Below are positions 1 to 12,077 of a stretch of 64,000 nucleotides of DNA, one piece after another; positions within the stretch are counted from its first letter, which is position 1, and every line of letters begins with the position of its first letter. Source of the DNA: Felis catus (lineage: Eukaryota); assembly GCF_018350175.1 (NCBI RefSeq), contig NC_058368.1:63428001-63492000 (forward strand). Direction: 5' to 3'. The position numbers were made by a program, and so were the translations under genes. The notes under the pieces were generated by a model. It ran no database searches, had not been told where the DNA came from, and saw nothing but the letters and a program-made list of their open reading frames with translations.

Positions 1-258
1 TAAAACAGGAAGTAACCGTGGTTTGAGTCCTCCCTCACATTCAGCTCTCTATGCACAGTCAGAAAAGTTTCCCCACTTTCAATACTCATGTGATTGGATT
101 GGACCCACACCGATAATCCAGGATAATCTTCCCCATCTCAAGGTCTGTAATCTTAATTACATTTGCAAAGTCCCTTTTGCCACATAAGGTAGCATGTTCA
201 CGGGTTCTGGGGATTACAGCATCAACATCTTTAGAGAGTCATTAGTCTGCTGACTACA
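1..258 (-). mobile_element. MaLR (MLT1-family) LTR, partial at window edge
   Basis: GATAATCCAGGATAATCTTCCCCATCTCAAGGTC...TAATTACATTTGCAAAGTCCCTTTTGCCACATAAGGTA matches the reverse complement of the MLT1 5' end; ends ...ACTACA (TG terminus on minus strand). Confidence 0.75.
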
Positions 259-1437
259 GGCACAATGGGACCAACTGGAAGGTGCCTGTATTATGGCACA
301 AATGGCAGGAACTCAAATGTAATTGCTGCTTATCTTGAACATTGCTGGCAATATGTCAGACAGTCCTAAAGAAGTTTTCCATTCTTCCCTTACCTAATTG
401 AAAGCATGCTTAGAGAAAAGTCTTTTAATTTAGAAGCAGTCATAACACTGACTACCTATAAGGGAATGGTATGCAAGAATGGTATGCAAATTTAAAAATT
501 TAAAATAAGTCCACTTATGCTGAAATCCTTGGGCTCTCTACCTACATATCATAATCATTATATCCTATGGCTGCAACTGTCTGGACCTTTACTGTTTAAC
601 CATTTCATGCTTTCTGGAACTATCATACTGTATGTTCTTCTGAACAGTCTTAGCAAAGTGACATGATGAGTTTGGCTAGCTTTATCTGTGTGAAGCAAAC
701 AGATGATTCCAAGTGGAACTACCTAAGTACTTTAGTAGTGCTGCTATCTCACGTTTTCTGTCTCATGAACAAAGATGTAATAAGCAATTCAAGTGAATCA
801 TTTGTTCACTATATTTAATTATATAAAGGAAATAATATACTCACCATTTTAATAAGCATTGAAATCAAGTGGAAAATCCATCTGGCCTAGTCTTAAAATC
901 AAAGAATTTACCACGACTTCATTAAAAGTTTACAGATATTTTTGGTATAACTACAAAGCTCCAGACACTAAGTTAGGCACCAGAGCCTTGGTGGATAAAA
1001 TCGTTACCTTCACTGCTCTCAGAGGGGGCGGAGCTATAATGAAAGTGGAAAATCTAGAGGCTCTACCATCCCAACCCCTCATTTAGGCATTAAGGGACTG
1101 AATTCCAAAAAGATTGATACTCGACTGGTTTCACCTTTGATGCATAATCCACCTTCACATCCACTAAAATAGAATTCATTAGCAAGATTGGATTTTTGAG
1201 ATTAGAGGGGTCAGGCCTTTCAGCAGAACACTGACTCCAATTATCCTGTAATCCAATAAAGAAAGGTGGTAGGAAAGATACCAAGCATGGTAATATTATT
1301 AGAGAAACAGTAATAGAAACATCTAGGGCTCCTTCATCAAATATGCCAGGTTTTTATTCCAGTCCAGCATGTTAGCTTGTGATCTTCAGTGAAATGTTTG
1401 ACCTTTCTAAACTGCACATACCTCATTTGCAAAGCAT

Positions 1438-1685
1438 GGAGGCAATGTGGCATAGAGGGTAAGAACCCAGCCTTCTGGCTTCAGAATCACATGGGCTTGA
1501 ATCTTGATTCCACCACCTTCAAACTGGGAGATCCTGGGCATATCACATCCTATAACATTAATCCCATTAATATGGGAATAATAATAATACCTGCTTCAAA
1601 GTTTTGTTATAAGAAGTAAATGGAGGATATAGAGCACCCGGGACAGGGTCTGAATAACAGCAGGCAGTCAATAGATGCTAACCAG
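1438..1685 (+). mobile_element. MIR SINE relic
   Basis: tRNA-like head, core ATGGGAATAATAATAATACCTGCTTCAAAGTTTTGTTATAAG, L2-like tail. Confidence 0.7.
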
Positions 1686-2759
1686 TGTTATTACACTTAA
1701 GAGTTTACAAATGTGAAGATGAATGTTTCATGCAAATCACTTTCCCCATGAATGGCAGTGTTATGAATTTCTGCATTTTAATGATAATTCCAAATTTTAA
1801 AAGTTTCTATAACCATGAACCCTGGCGTCATCTCCGAACAACTATATGGTTAATTTTTTGCCATTTTGCAAAGTGGGAATTTGACTGGAAAGATCCAAAT
1901 GGTTCAGGATCATATATTAAAGTGGGAATGGAGAAGGAATTCAAACTCAGTGACCCTTAGCTCTCTATTCACTGCTTTACCTGTTAAATTATATCACCTT
2001 GGCAGGTTAACAGTACACCAGAAACATTTTCAAGGAAGAATATTTATATACACAACTCTTGGCACCACAAATATTTGTCTGAATTTATCCTGCTCCAGGC
2101 CAATCAACACCTTACGAAACTTGTGATTTAAAAGGCTAGGATTTTTATTCATGCAATATTACTATAACGGAAAACAATTCAGTATCTCTAGCAGGTATGA
2201 TTTTACAGGCATTAAGCAGGTGGCAGACTACATAAACTTTACCTTTCTTGGCATTTAAAGCAACTAATATAGTTTTAAAGCATGTACATTTTTGTGTCAT
2301 TTAAATAGTGAAACTATTAATGATAAACAGGGTTTGGAAGAAATGCGAATTTGAGCCATTTGTTTACATCAAGTTAGGTACATATAAACTTTGATAAATG
2401 CTAATGGGAGCTACCAACATGCATTCCTGTCATAGCAATGGAAGAACATTCTGTACAATTCCAAATAACCCCTTTAACCTTGTGAAAAATGAAGAACTGG
2501 GGTGTGTAAAGCATTAAAGCATAATAAGACCAGAAATAAGTGAGCTTATTCCAGTTCATCTTCAAGCTAAATAGTAAGAAATAATTCCAAACAAGTACAT
2601 TTCATGAGGTTTATACTTTCATGGCACTTTCCTTCTGAACTAGTCCATAAAGAACACCCTTATTTTTTACTACATATTTCTCCATAACAACTGTCTGGCT
2701 TCCTTCCTTATCTTATGTACTTTCATAATACCATATTGAATTAGAAATATAATTAGGAA

Positions 2760-2960
2760 TTATCTACTAATCTATTCTCCTACTATGTATTTAATAGCAG
2801 GTGCCATTTATAATAATAAACAAGACAGCTGTCCCTGTTCTCTAGGAATGTATAGTCCAGCAGAGAAGAGCAGAAAATTAAGATATGTCAACATACAGTG
2901 TGATCAAAGCAAAGGTATACAATGTGATGGCTAAGTCATAGGGGTGTTCTGGAAATACAC
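2760..2960 (-). mobile_element. L2 3' fragment
   Basis: AACAAGACAGCTGTCCCTGTTCTCTAGGAATGTATAGTCCAG resembles the antisense L2 3' end. Confidence 0.45.
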
Positions 2961-3104
2961 AGAGGTAAAATATAAATAATTCCAAGGATTCTAATGCTAA
3001 GAAGAGAGCACCTGTTGAACAATACACTGAATTAGGACATTATAAAATATATTTTCAGTCGTTAGTGCCCAGGAACTTCACTATGACTTAGAGGATATTC
3101 TCTC

Positions 3105-3330
3105 TCCTTTTCTCTAGAACAAAACTGCCTCCTAGACTTCTCCACTTGGATTCCCACCATTGCTAACACCTACTATGTGCAATACTGAATTTGCTTTTTC
3201 TTTCTGTCCCCAGTTCCGGTCCTCACCTCATGCCTTCTCTATCTCAGCAACTGGCCTTAACCCATTCAATTACTGAATTAAAATCAGGGAAGTCATGATT
3301 AGGGTCTCTTCTTGACTCTCCTCTCACTCT
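3105..3330 (+). mobile_element. L2 fragment
   Basis: CTAGACTTCTCCACTTGGAT...CTTCTCTATCTCAGCAACTGGC...CTTGACTCTCCTCTC typical of L2. Confidence 0.45.
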
Positions 3331-3774
3331 AAAAGCATAGAACAATGTTTGGGAAGGTGAGTGTTAAGGGGGTGGGACTAGTTCACAAAAGCTTTAAGTG
3401 ATAGACTCAAAATCATGGACATTATCCTGCAGACAATTGTAAATCATTAAATCATGGTCAGTATTGCCTTGTCATAAGAGTAAATGAAAAACATTTCTAA
3501 TATGTGTAATAATTATCATTAAAATTAAATATGCATTGATTTTAATATCTGCTTAGAAAATATTATTATGGAGAACATTTTTTAAATCAGAAAGTACATT
3601 CTAAAGCCAAACATTAATGGGAAGAGAGCATCATTTAAATAACCAAATATATACACATGCGCATACATATACACATATAGCATATTCTAAGGCCAAACAT
3701 AAAAGGCTATACATTTTTTAAAAATAATCTTAGCAGATAATACATATCAAATAGTGTTGTCTCTTGAAAGCAGT

Positions 3775-4010
3775 TATTTCAGTGGGCAATATACATAGGT
3801 GTTTAGAAGCAAGGACTCTTGCATCAAATAGGCCTTTATGGACATCCTGCCTGTGTCATTTGCCTACTGTGTGACCTTACGAAATTTAGCCTCATGAGTC
3901 TCCACTTCCTCACCCCCAAGAATTGTATATAAACCCCTGTCAGTTTTTTTGTGAGTGTTACATGAAATAATGTAATTGGAGCACTGAGTGTATGGTAAGA
4001 ATTCAACAAA
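3775..4010 (+). mobile_element. MIR SINE relic
   Basis: TACTGTGTGACCTT...GAGTCTCCACTTCCTCAC core-like segment. Confidence 0.55.
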
Positions 4011-4173
4011 TTGTTACTACAACTATACTTGCTTCCAGAGAGAAGCCAAGGAGGAAAATGGCATTTTTACCTAAGAAGAGGTAATTCTGTGATGTTGAGG
4101 TATTACCAACAATAGCCAAACTATAGAGAGAGCCCAAATGTCCATTCAACTGACAAATGGATAAAGGAGATGT

Positions 4174-4174
<1 letters not shown>

Positions 4175-4212
<38 letters not shown>
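4175..4212. repeat. (GT)19 microsatellite
   Basis: Read directly from the sequence. Confidence 0.95.
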
Positions 4213-4214
<2 letters not shown>

Positions 4215-4527
4215 CCACACACACAGTGCAATATTACTCAACCATCAAAAAGAATGAAATCTTGCCATTTACAATGACGTGGGTGGATCTAGAATGTATT
4301 TCACCAAGCAAAATAAGTCAATCAGAGAAAGACAAATATCATATGATTTCATTCATGTGGAATTTAAGAAACAAAACAGAGGAACGTATGGGAAGGGGGT
4401 AAAAAAGAGGAGAGAGAGAAACAAAGCACAAGAGACTCTTAACTATAAAGAACAAATGGAGGGCTGATGGAGGGAGGTTGGTGAGATATGGGCTAGATGG
4501 GTGATGGTCATTAAGGAGGGCATTTGT

Positions 4528-5050
4528 TGTGCTGTTTCGAAGGGACACATGCACCCCCATGTTTATAGCAGCACTATCAACAATAGCCAAAGTATGGAAA
4601 GAGCCCAATGTCCATCGATGGATGAATGGATAAAGAAAATGTGGTATATATATATACAATGGAGTATTACTTGGCAATCAAAAAGAATGAAATCTTGCCA
4701 TCTGCAACTACGTGGATGGAACTGGAGGATATTATGCTAAGTGACATTAGTCACTCAGAAAAAGACAAAAATCATATGACTTCACTCATATGAGGACTTT
4801 AAGAGACAAAACACATGAACATAAGGAAAGGGAAACAAAAATAATATAAAAACAGGGAGGGGGAGAAAACAGGAGAGACTCATAAGTGTGGAGAACAAAC
4901 TGAGGGTTACTGGAGGGGTTGTGGGAGGGGGGATGGGGTAAATGGGTAAGGGGCGCTAAGGAATCTTCTGAAATCATTGTTGCACTATATGCTAACTAAT
5001 TTGGATGTACATTTTAAAAACTAAAAAGTAAAATTAAAAAAAAAAAGAAA
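4528..5050 (+). mobile_element. Young cat-type L1, 5'-truncated, nested in an older L1
   Basis: ORF2 C-terminal remnant, G-rich 3' UTR and poly(A); TSD AAGGAGGGCA(T/C)TTGT at 4513-4527 and 5051-5065. Confidence 0.9.
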
Positions 5051-5214
5051 AAGGAGGGCACTTGTGATGAGCACCGGGTGTTGTATGTAAGTGATGAATC
5101 ACAGAATTCTGCTCCTGAAACCAATATTGCACTGTATGTTAACCAACTAAAATTTAAATAAAAATTTAAAAAATAATTCTAAACTTCATTTTGCTTTTGG
5201 AGCATTTAAGGAAA

Positions 5215-5935
5215 CCACCATTAATGACTGTGTGACATAATATGACAAGCTAAAAATCATCCAGATGGAAACACCTAGAAACGCTAAATAAAATTCACCT
5301 GAATGTATGGTTAAAAGTCTGAGAAAGGGAAATATAAAGGAATCAGAAGCAAAAGAGAGTTGAAAACAATGCAGTAAATGAAGGGGACAGGCAGCTCTTC
5401 TTGATCACTGCTGGTTGATGTGGATGGTCTTTATTAATTTACGACTTGGATTTAAATATCTGTGAGGGGCAACAAATAAGGTATTGGGCCCATGCAAAGT
5501 AAAATTAAAACGAAAACTCCTTAGGGGTGCCTGGGTGGCTCAGTCAGTTAAGCATCCAACTTCAGCTCGGGTCATGATCTCACTGTCCATGAGTTCGAGC
5601 CCTGCATCGGGCTCTATGCTGACAGTTCGGAGCCTGCTTCAGATTCTGTTTGTCCCTCTCTCTGACCTTCCCCCATTCATGCTCTGTCTCTCTCTGTCTC
5701 AAAAATAAATAAACATTTAAAAAAAATTTTAATAAAAATAAAAATAAAACTCCTGTTTTAATAAATCTGGGACCTCAGAATGTTTCCTTCTCAGTGAAAA
5801 GCAGACTAGGAAAAAATGCACTCACAAATTCAATGTGCTAACAAGAAAACTCTGTGCCATGGGTTTTGGTGAGGGACAAATCTGAAAACCATGGGCCAGC
5901 AGCCTGGATGGGTTTTAGTCTCTTGAATCTAATGT
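5215..5935 (+). mobile_element. Possible very old L1 5' region (interrupted by a SINE)
   Basis: General resemblance to L1ME-type 5' ends only. Confidence 0.3.
5524..5745 (+). mobile_element. Can-SINE (tRNA-derived)
   Basis: GGGGTGCCTGGGTGGCTCAGTCAGTTAAG A-box head, GAGTTCGAGCC B-box, (CT)n region, AATAAA/A tail; flanking AAAACTCCT repeat. Confidence 0.95.
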
Positions 5936-6431
5936 GGACCTCCTCTAAAGTCTGTGTTCTTTTGATGTGGATTAGTCTCAATTTTTTTCACCCATAAACC
6001 AAGGAATTGGGGAAATTCATATCTTCCTCTCCACCTTTAAAATAACATGGCTATCATAAATGTCTTAAATGTTAATTCTTCAAACTCAGAATTTAAAAGT
6101 GACAGACATAACATGTTGTGCAAACATATACCTGAAATATTAACGTTACCTACTGTATAGGATCCTTGTATTTCTAAGATTCTGAAAGTAACAAGTGAAG
6201 TAACTACTGAAAACGGGATTTGTTTTTACACCATAACCATCTTCAGGTAAAATGGTTATGATTTCTAAGTCACAGTAAAATAAAACAAGAAAAGTATATC
6301 AATTGTAATAACATTCAGGTTTGTGCTACAAAGACCCTCTGCAATTGTGATACATTCATTAACTGCATCACTGAAAAATGTTATTTTACAGTTTTATTAA
6401 ACTACAATGGGGAAAATAGAAATTCATGTCC

Positions 6432-6540
6432 AGAATTTTAGAATCATAGATTTAGATCTCAGCAACCACCTTATCCAACACTTATTTTAGAGATGGAGAA
6501 AACAGACTTAGGAAAATTAATTGACTTTTCCATGGTTCTT
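6432..6540 (-). mobile_element. MIR/MIR3 fragment
   Basis: TTATTTTAGAGATGGAGAAAACAGACTTAGGAAAATTAATTGACTT antisense core. Confidence 0.5.
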
Positions 6541-7235
6541 CTATGTTGAAAATACTAGATGTCTTCAGTAGGGTGGTGGGGGTGTCATCCAGACTCTATA
6601 GGTCTGAAAACAAACAACAAACAAAAACTGTAACAAATAGCATGAAATCTCTTCTAGGGATGAATATCGTACTTAATTTGTCCTTAAAATAGTACATGAG
6701 TAAGACCAGCAGTATGTGCTAGACATCATCAGATCTTTTAGGGCATACTTTTAATTGGTTTAAAAATCAGTAGCAACTAGATTTTGCTCTATTTATAACA
6801 TTAAAAGGCTGGATTTCATGTATTTCTTACATTCGACCACCAAAAGGTATGTCAGCTCTGAGTTGTTAGGAAGTGTTGCCCTATTTTAAAAAATGAAAGC
6901 TGAAGAACCAATTAAAAACATCTTACTATTAAAATTTTTGAAGTTTTTGATACAAATGGATATTTTTATCTTGCAGCTTGCTGACATATTCCTACAGGAA
7001 CTTAACATGAAGTGGATGGCTAGCTGGGAAAAAGGGAATATTTGAAGTGTGTGTGTCTTTGTGGGGTGTTTCACGTCAAGGAGGAAATGTCTTTGTTTAT
7101 GGCCTTGTATGAAGTTTATTTTGTAAATGTCCCATAGACACTTGGGAAGTCTTTTTTCTGTCGATGGGTTCTGACCTGATCAATTAAATTACTTTCTGTC
7201 TCCACTGTAATTTTCACTTTGAAAATGTGATTATC

Positions 7236-7455
7236 GGGGTGAATGGGTGGCTCAGGGGGTTAAGCATACAACTCTTGATTTGGGTTTAGGTTATGGTCTT
7301 ACAGTACATGAGATGGAGTCCCATATGGAGTTCCCCACTGGCAGCATAGAGCCTGCTTGGGATTGGGGTTCTCTTTCTCCCTCTCTCTCTGCCCCACTCC
7401 CTGTTTGCAAACATTCTCTCTCTCAAAATAAATAGACAAACGTTTTCAAAAAAAG
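7236..7455 (+). mobile_element. Can-SINE, older/diverged
   Basis: GGGTGGCTCAG head, GAGCCTGCTTGGGATT, CT tract, A tail; flanking GAAAATGTGA repeat. Confidence 0.9.
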
Positions 7456-7592
7456 AAAATGTGACCAAAGAAAATTAAAAACATCTTTTCCAAACAAAAC
7501 AGTTGGGTAAATTTCATGAACATTATAAAATATTTTGAGTTTACATTGCATAAGTGTTTAAACATTTTGTGTACCATTAAAAGATCCCTGAA

Positions 7593-7877
7593 GGGATGCC
7601 TGGGTGGCTCAGTCGGTTAAGCATCCGACTTTGGCTCAGGTCATAATCTCTGTTTTGTGAGCTCTTGAGCCCCGCTTTGGGTGAGCCCACGCCCTACACC
7701 AAGTCCTGTTTTAGGTGAGCTTGAGCCCCTCTTTGAGCTCCAGACTTTCTCTCCCTCTCTCTCTCTCTCTCCCTCTCTCTCTGCCCCTAGTGGGATTCTC
7801 TCTCTCTGCCCCTTGCTCACTCACACTCTCTTTCTCAAAAATAAATAAAAATTATAAAAATAAAAATATTCTAAAAA
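7593..7877 (+). mobile_element. Can-SINE variant with reiterated internal GAGCCCC/GGTGAGC segments
   Basis: Standard head and tail; degenerate TSD AAAAGATCCCTGAA / AAAAGATACTTGAA. Confidence 0.9.
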
Positions 7878-8689
7878 AAAAGATACTTGAACTGCCTGAT
7901 AAATATTTGTGTTAACAGTTTCAATAACTGCATTCAGATCATCTTTTAAAAAATGAACAGAGAGATAACATTAATTTATTTATACTGAATAAATGTTTAT
8001 AGATTACCTAACTGTATTGAAGATATATGCTATATGACCTGTAAGATGCACAAATTAAGAAGCCAGATACATTTATATTATATAACGTCCCATTATTTTT
8101 CTTCATAAACTACAGCAGTGTCCTGAATTCCATTTGTTCTTAACTCTTACCACAACAAAGAAAGAAAATGAAGTCTTTTTGAAAGAATACAAACAGACTG
8201 GGCATTACAATCCAGGAAAAATCTACTCCTGTGTTTGGAACTATAAACAAATACATAAAGCAACCAAAAATTGTCATCCTCATCAGCACCTTCAGGCTGT
8301 TATAAGAAGTAAAATGCTGCCAAAGATGTGTTGTTTTGTGAAAAGTACTATACTAACATGAAACAGTGTGACAGTTACCCTACCAGTTTGAAGACTTTCA
8401 TTTCAAAAACCACCTTAAATACTAAATTATTAAATGACTAAAACTTGGTTTTTCAACAATGGCATTAAATAAAGTCACAGAAGCTAAGTAAGAAAATACA
8501 TGGAGAAAAATAATACTTGTCAAGTGACATGTTCGTATCTCTGTGGCAGAGAAATAGAAATTAAGACTGAATTGGGTAAATCATTGGGTGGATAGCCAAG
8601 ATTTCAGGGAAGAGACACAGACAAAGAAGAGGTACGAAAACTGAGAAAGGAACAAACAAAAGCACCAAAAATCACCAAAAAGTGTATCA

Positions 8690-10620
8690 CCAAAAATCCT
8701 TCATAATGGAAAATCTAAAGGATGTATTTTAGGCAGCATGAAAATAATCCCAGAGGGAAAAGCTGAGTGCAAGAAGGGAGAACTATAAGTAAAGATAGTA
8801 TTAAATTTGTGATTAAGTCTAAGCAAGTATTGAATGTATAAATAATAATAACATATTTAACTTCTGACATTAAAAATGTAGTAGAAATAAAATATCAGTG
8901 CTATGTAAATTGGAAAAGAGATATGATCAGAGTTAAAGCATTCTAAGATATTTTTGAATTTAGTTTTCAGGGTGAAAGTAAATATTTTGATAATTCTAAA
9001 TTTTGTTAAATATACTGGTTAAAATAAATAGAATAACTTCTGGAAGAATAGACACAAAAGCATAACCACTAAACAAGTTGAGAAGTAAAAAGTAAGAAGA
9101 CAAAAAAAAAGACATAACCTCATTCTAAAAGAAGACAGGAAAGATGGAAGTAATACACACACCTACAAAAACAAAACAAAAGCAAAAAAATGGTTGATAC
9201 AGTTATAGTGGAATTTAGAGCTTAAAATATACCATGAAATATTTACATTAGAAAAGTAAAAACACCAACATTAGTGAGTTTATCTCAAACATTTTGAAAA
9301 AGAATAGAAAAACAAACACAAATGAAGAAGGAAAGGAATATCAAAGATGAAATTATAACTTAATGAAAATTTTAAAATACAATGAAAAGAATCAACAGAG
9401 CCAAAAGTTGAGAAGATTTGAGAAAACTAGTAATACATAAAAACCCTTGGCTTGATTAATCAAAAGACACAATATAAAATAGATATTTGTAATGGAAAGG
9501 GGACATAACTATAAATGCTGCAGAAATTAAATACATACCAATGAATTATTAGGAGCAAAATTCGTGTCACATGTTTTGAAAATGTAGACAAAATAAATAA
9601 ATTCCTAAAAAATGAAAATGTTGAAATTGATGCAAAAAGTAAAAAATTGAATAGTCTATAACCATTAAAGAAATTAAATCAATAGTTAAACGTTTTTCCC
9701 AAAAGAGAACATCAGGCCCAAATGGCTTTATAGCAGATAATTCCCATTATGTACAAGCTTTCAGAGAATAAAAAAAAAAAAAAAAGGGTGTCCTCCTTAA
9801 TACCTTTTATGGAGCTCTTAAACTGTGATACCAAAGAAAACCAGGAAAAAATTACTCACCAATCTCACTTATGAGCATAAATTCAGAAAATTGAGCACAG
9901 CATGCTTTAAAAGAAATAATACATCATGACCCAGCTGGAATGACTCCAAAAACATAGGATCAAATTAATAATAGAAAAATTCTTAATATTATTCACCAAT
10001 AGAATAAGAGGAAAATCAAGTTACCACCTCAATGAATACAAAAAGGGGGTTTGATAAAATTCAGTATTTTCATGAGAAAGGCAATAAACAAGAAAACATT
10101 AAGAAATAAGAACTTCCTTAACCTAAAAAAGGACATCTACAAAAAGGAAATTAGAACAAATATATTTAACGGCAAAATATTGAAAGTATTCTCTTTAAGG
10201 TAGAGCAATTTCATGGCAAAAATAACCATTTCCATCACCTCTATTACCAAAAAAACAATGAAATAAAATAAAATTTCACCCATACCTTACATCAGACACA
10301 GAAATAAATTTTAGATGGATTAAAGACTAAAATTTATTCATTTTTGCAGCTGTATGGGATTATATTTTTATGACCAGAGTGGAGAAGAAGTTAACACCTT
10401 AAAGCTCAAACTCTAAAAAAAATCTGATAAACTCAACTTCATGATAATTTCAAACTTCTGTTCATTAAAATATATTATAAAATCAATAAAGTAAGAGCCA
10501 AAAAGTAGGAAATCATTTGCTGCATATATAACTGATTCAGGATTTATGTCCATCATATGTAAAGAACTTCTACATATTAATATGGAAAAGAAAATCCTAC
10601 CAAAACATAGACAAAAAGTC
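8690..10620 (+). mobile_element. Ancient L1 (L1ME-like) body: degraded ORF1 end and ORF2
   Basis: A-rich; AGAATCAACAGAGCCAAAAGTTG, CATCAGGCCCAAATGGCTTTA, CCAATCTCACTTATGAGCATA, ACATCATGACCCAGCTGG, TTTGATAAAATTCAGTAT match ORF2 landmarks; no intact frame. Confidence 0.8.
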
Positions 10621-10970
10621 CCCTTCTAAAGTTTCACACTCAATTATTGAAGAGATCACACTTTATTGCGTAACCACAATGTCATCTGGTCTCCTAGCTC
10701 CTTAATATCTAAATAAAATGGATTCAAACTCTCATTCTACGGATTGTGGAAATTCAAAACCTTCCCTAAATCTATCCAAATTCCTGAGCATGGAGAAGGT
10801 GGGGGTATGCCTTAAATTCTCAGCATCCCTTCTGATAGGATTTTCTGGCTCCAGTTTAGTTTTTTCTATGCTTTCAGTCTCATTGCTCTTTTTATTTATT
10901 AGTCCTGGTGTTATCCCAAATGTGGAACAAAGGTGCCTCTTCTAATCCCTCCCTCAAAAACCACAAGGTT

Positions 10971-11191
10971 GGGGCGCCTGGGTGGCTTAGTGGGTTACAC
11001 GTCCGACTTCAGCTCAGGTCATGATCTCACAGTCTGTGAGTTCAAGCCCCGCGTGGGGCTCTGTGCTGACAGCTCAGAGCCTGGAGCCTGCTTCGGATTC
11101 TGTGTCTCCCTCTCTCTCTGCCCCTCCCCTGCTCATGCTCTGTCTCTCTCTGTCTCAAAAATAAATAAAAACACCTAAAAAAATTTAAAAA
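10971..11191 (+). mobile_element. Can-SINE
   Basis: GGGGCGCCTGGGTGGCT head, CT tract, A tail; flanking ACAAGGT repeat. Confidence 0.95.
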
Positions 11192-11855
11192 GCAACAACA
11201 AGGTCAAACCTGTTAGCTATAGCAAAACTCTTACTGGAGACCTCAGAGGCTCAAGGAGCCATTTTTAGCCACTTCCCCAGCTGACTTTAACTGCCAGATT
11301 CACCCCTTGTAGGCCTCCAGCCTCAAGCCAGTCCGGCTTCTCTGAGTCCCCATTTGACTACCACCTTTTCTGCTCCCTCCTGCTCTGCACCACTGGATCA
11401 CTTAGTGTTAGTCCTGCCAATCCCCTTATCCTCAGGGACACACCTGCCCCAAAGCATATTGCAGAATTCCCTAAAAGGAACTCTGGAGCCAACTGTTAAG
11501 ATAACATATTTTCACTCTGTTGTATTTAAAAGAAAGAAACAGGATATGTGCCAGGATCTGCAGCAAGTAATGATCCTTACAAAAATATCCCATACTTTGA
11601 GATTTTTGAGAACACTCACAATCTGTTAGAAATTGATTTGTAAAGTGAGCCATATTAGACTATACTCCACATGTTTCTAACCTTTTGACTATATTCTGGC
11701 AAATTATTATTTGTCCAGACATTTCTTTTTTGTGTGTTTAGTGTTTTATCTATTCCTTCGGTACATTTCATCTTTAGAATAGAAATCTATGTTCCTTTCA
11801 AGAATAGCTTAACGTTATTTATTTTTATGTGAACTTCATAAAATATATTTTTCCT

Positions 11856-12077
11856 GGGGCGCCTGGGTGGCGCAGTCGGTTAAGCGTCCGACTTCAGCCA
11901 GGTCACGATCCAGCGGTCCGTGAGTTCGAGCCCCGCGTCAGGCTCTGGGCTGATGGCTCGGAGCCTGGAGCCTGTTTCTGATTCTGTGTCTCCCTCTCTC
12001 TCTCTGCCCCTCCCCCGTTCATGCTCTGTCTCTCTCTGTCCCAAAAATAAATAAACGTTGAAAAAAAATTTTTTTTT
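11856..12077 (+). mobile_element. Young cat-type Can-SINE
   Basis: CpG-rich, near consensus; perfect 15-bp TSD AAATATATTTTTCCT (11841-11855, 12078-12092). Confidence 0.97.

Larger units (their letters stand above)
4103..5175 (+). mobile_element. Carnivore L1 3' end (host element, interrupted by a younger L1)
   Basis: ACAATAGCCAAACTATAGAGAGAGCCCAAATGTCCA; AAGAATGAAATCTTGCCATTT; resumes at GATGAGCACCGGGTGTTGTATGTAAGTGATGAATCAC and ends in an A-rich tail. Confidence 0.9.

Noticed and set aside
1090..1284. Minus-strand ORF with an acceptor-like ttacag near 1250
   Set aside because: The peptide is not recognisable, there is no convincing partner exon, and such sites are common by chance.
5524..5600. 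tRNA-like A/B boxes at SINE heads
   Set aside because: These are the tRNA-derived heads of Can-SINEs, not tRNA genes.
6977..7111. Plus-strand acceptor tttttatcttgcag followed by a 44-codon open frame
   Set aside because: No homology recognised and no supporting donor or adjacent exons.
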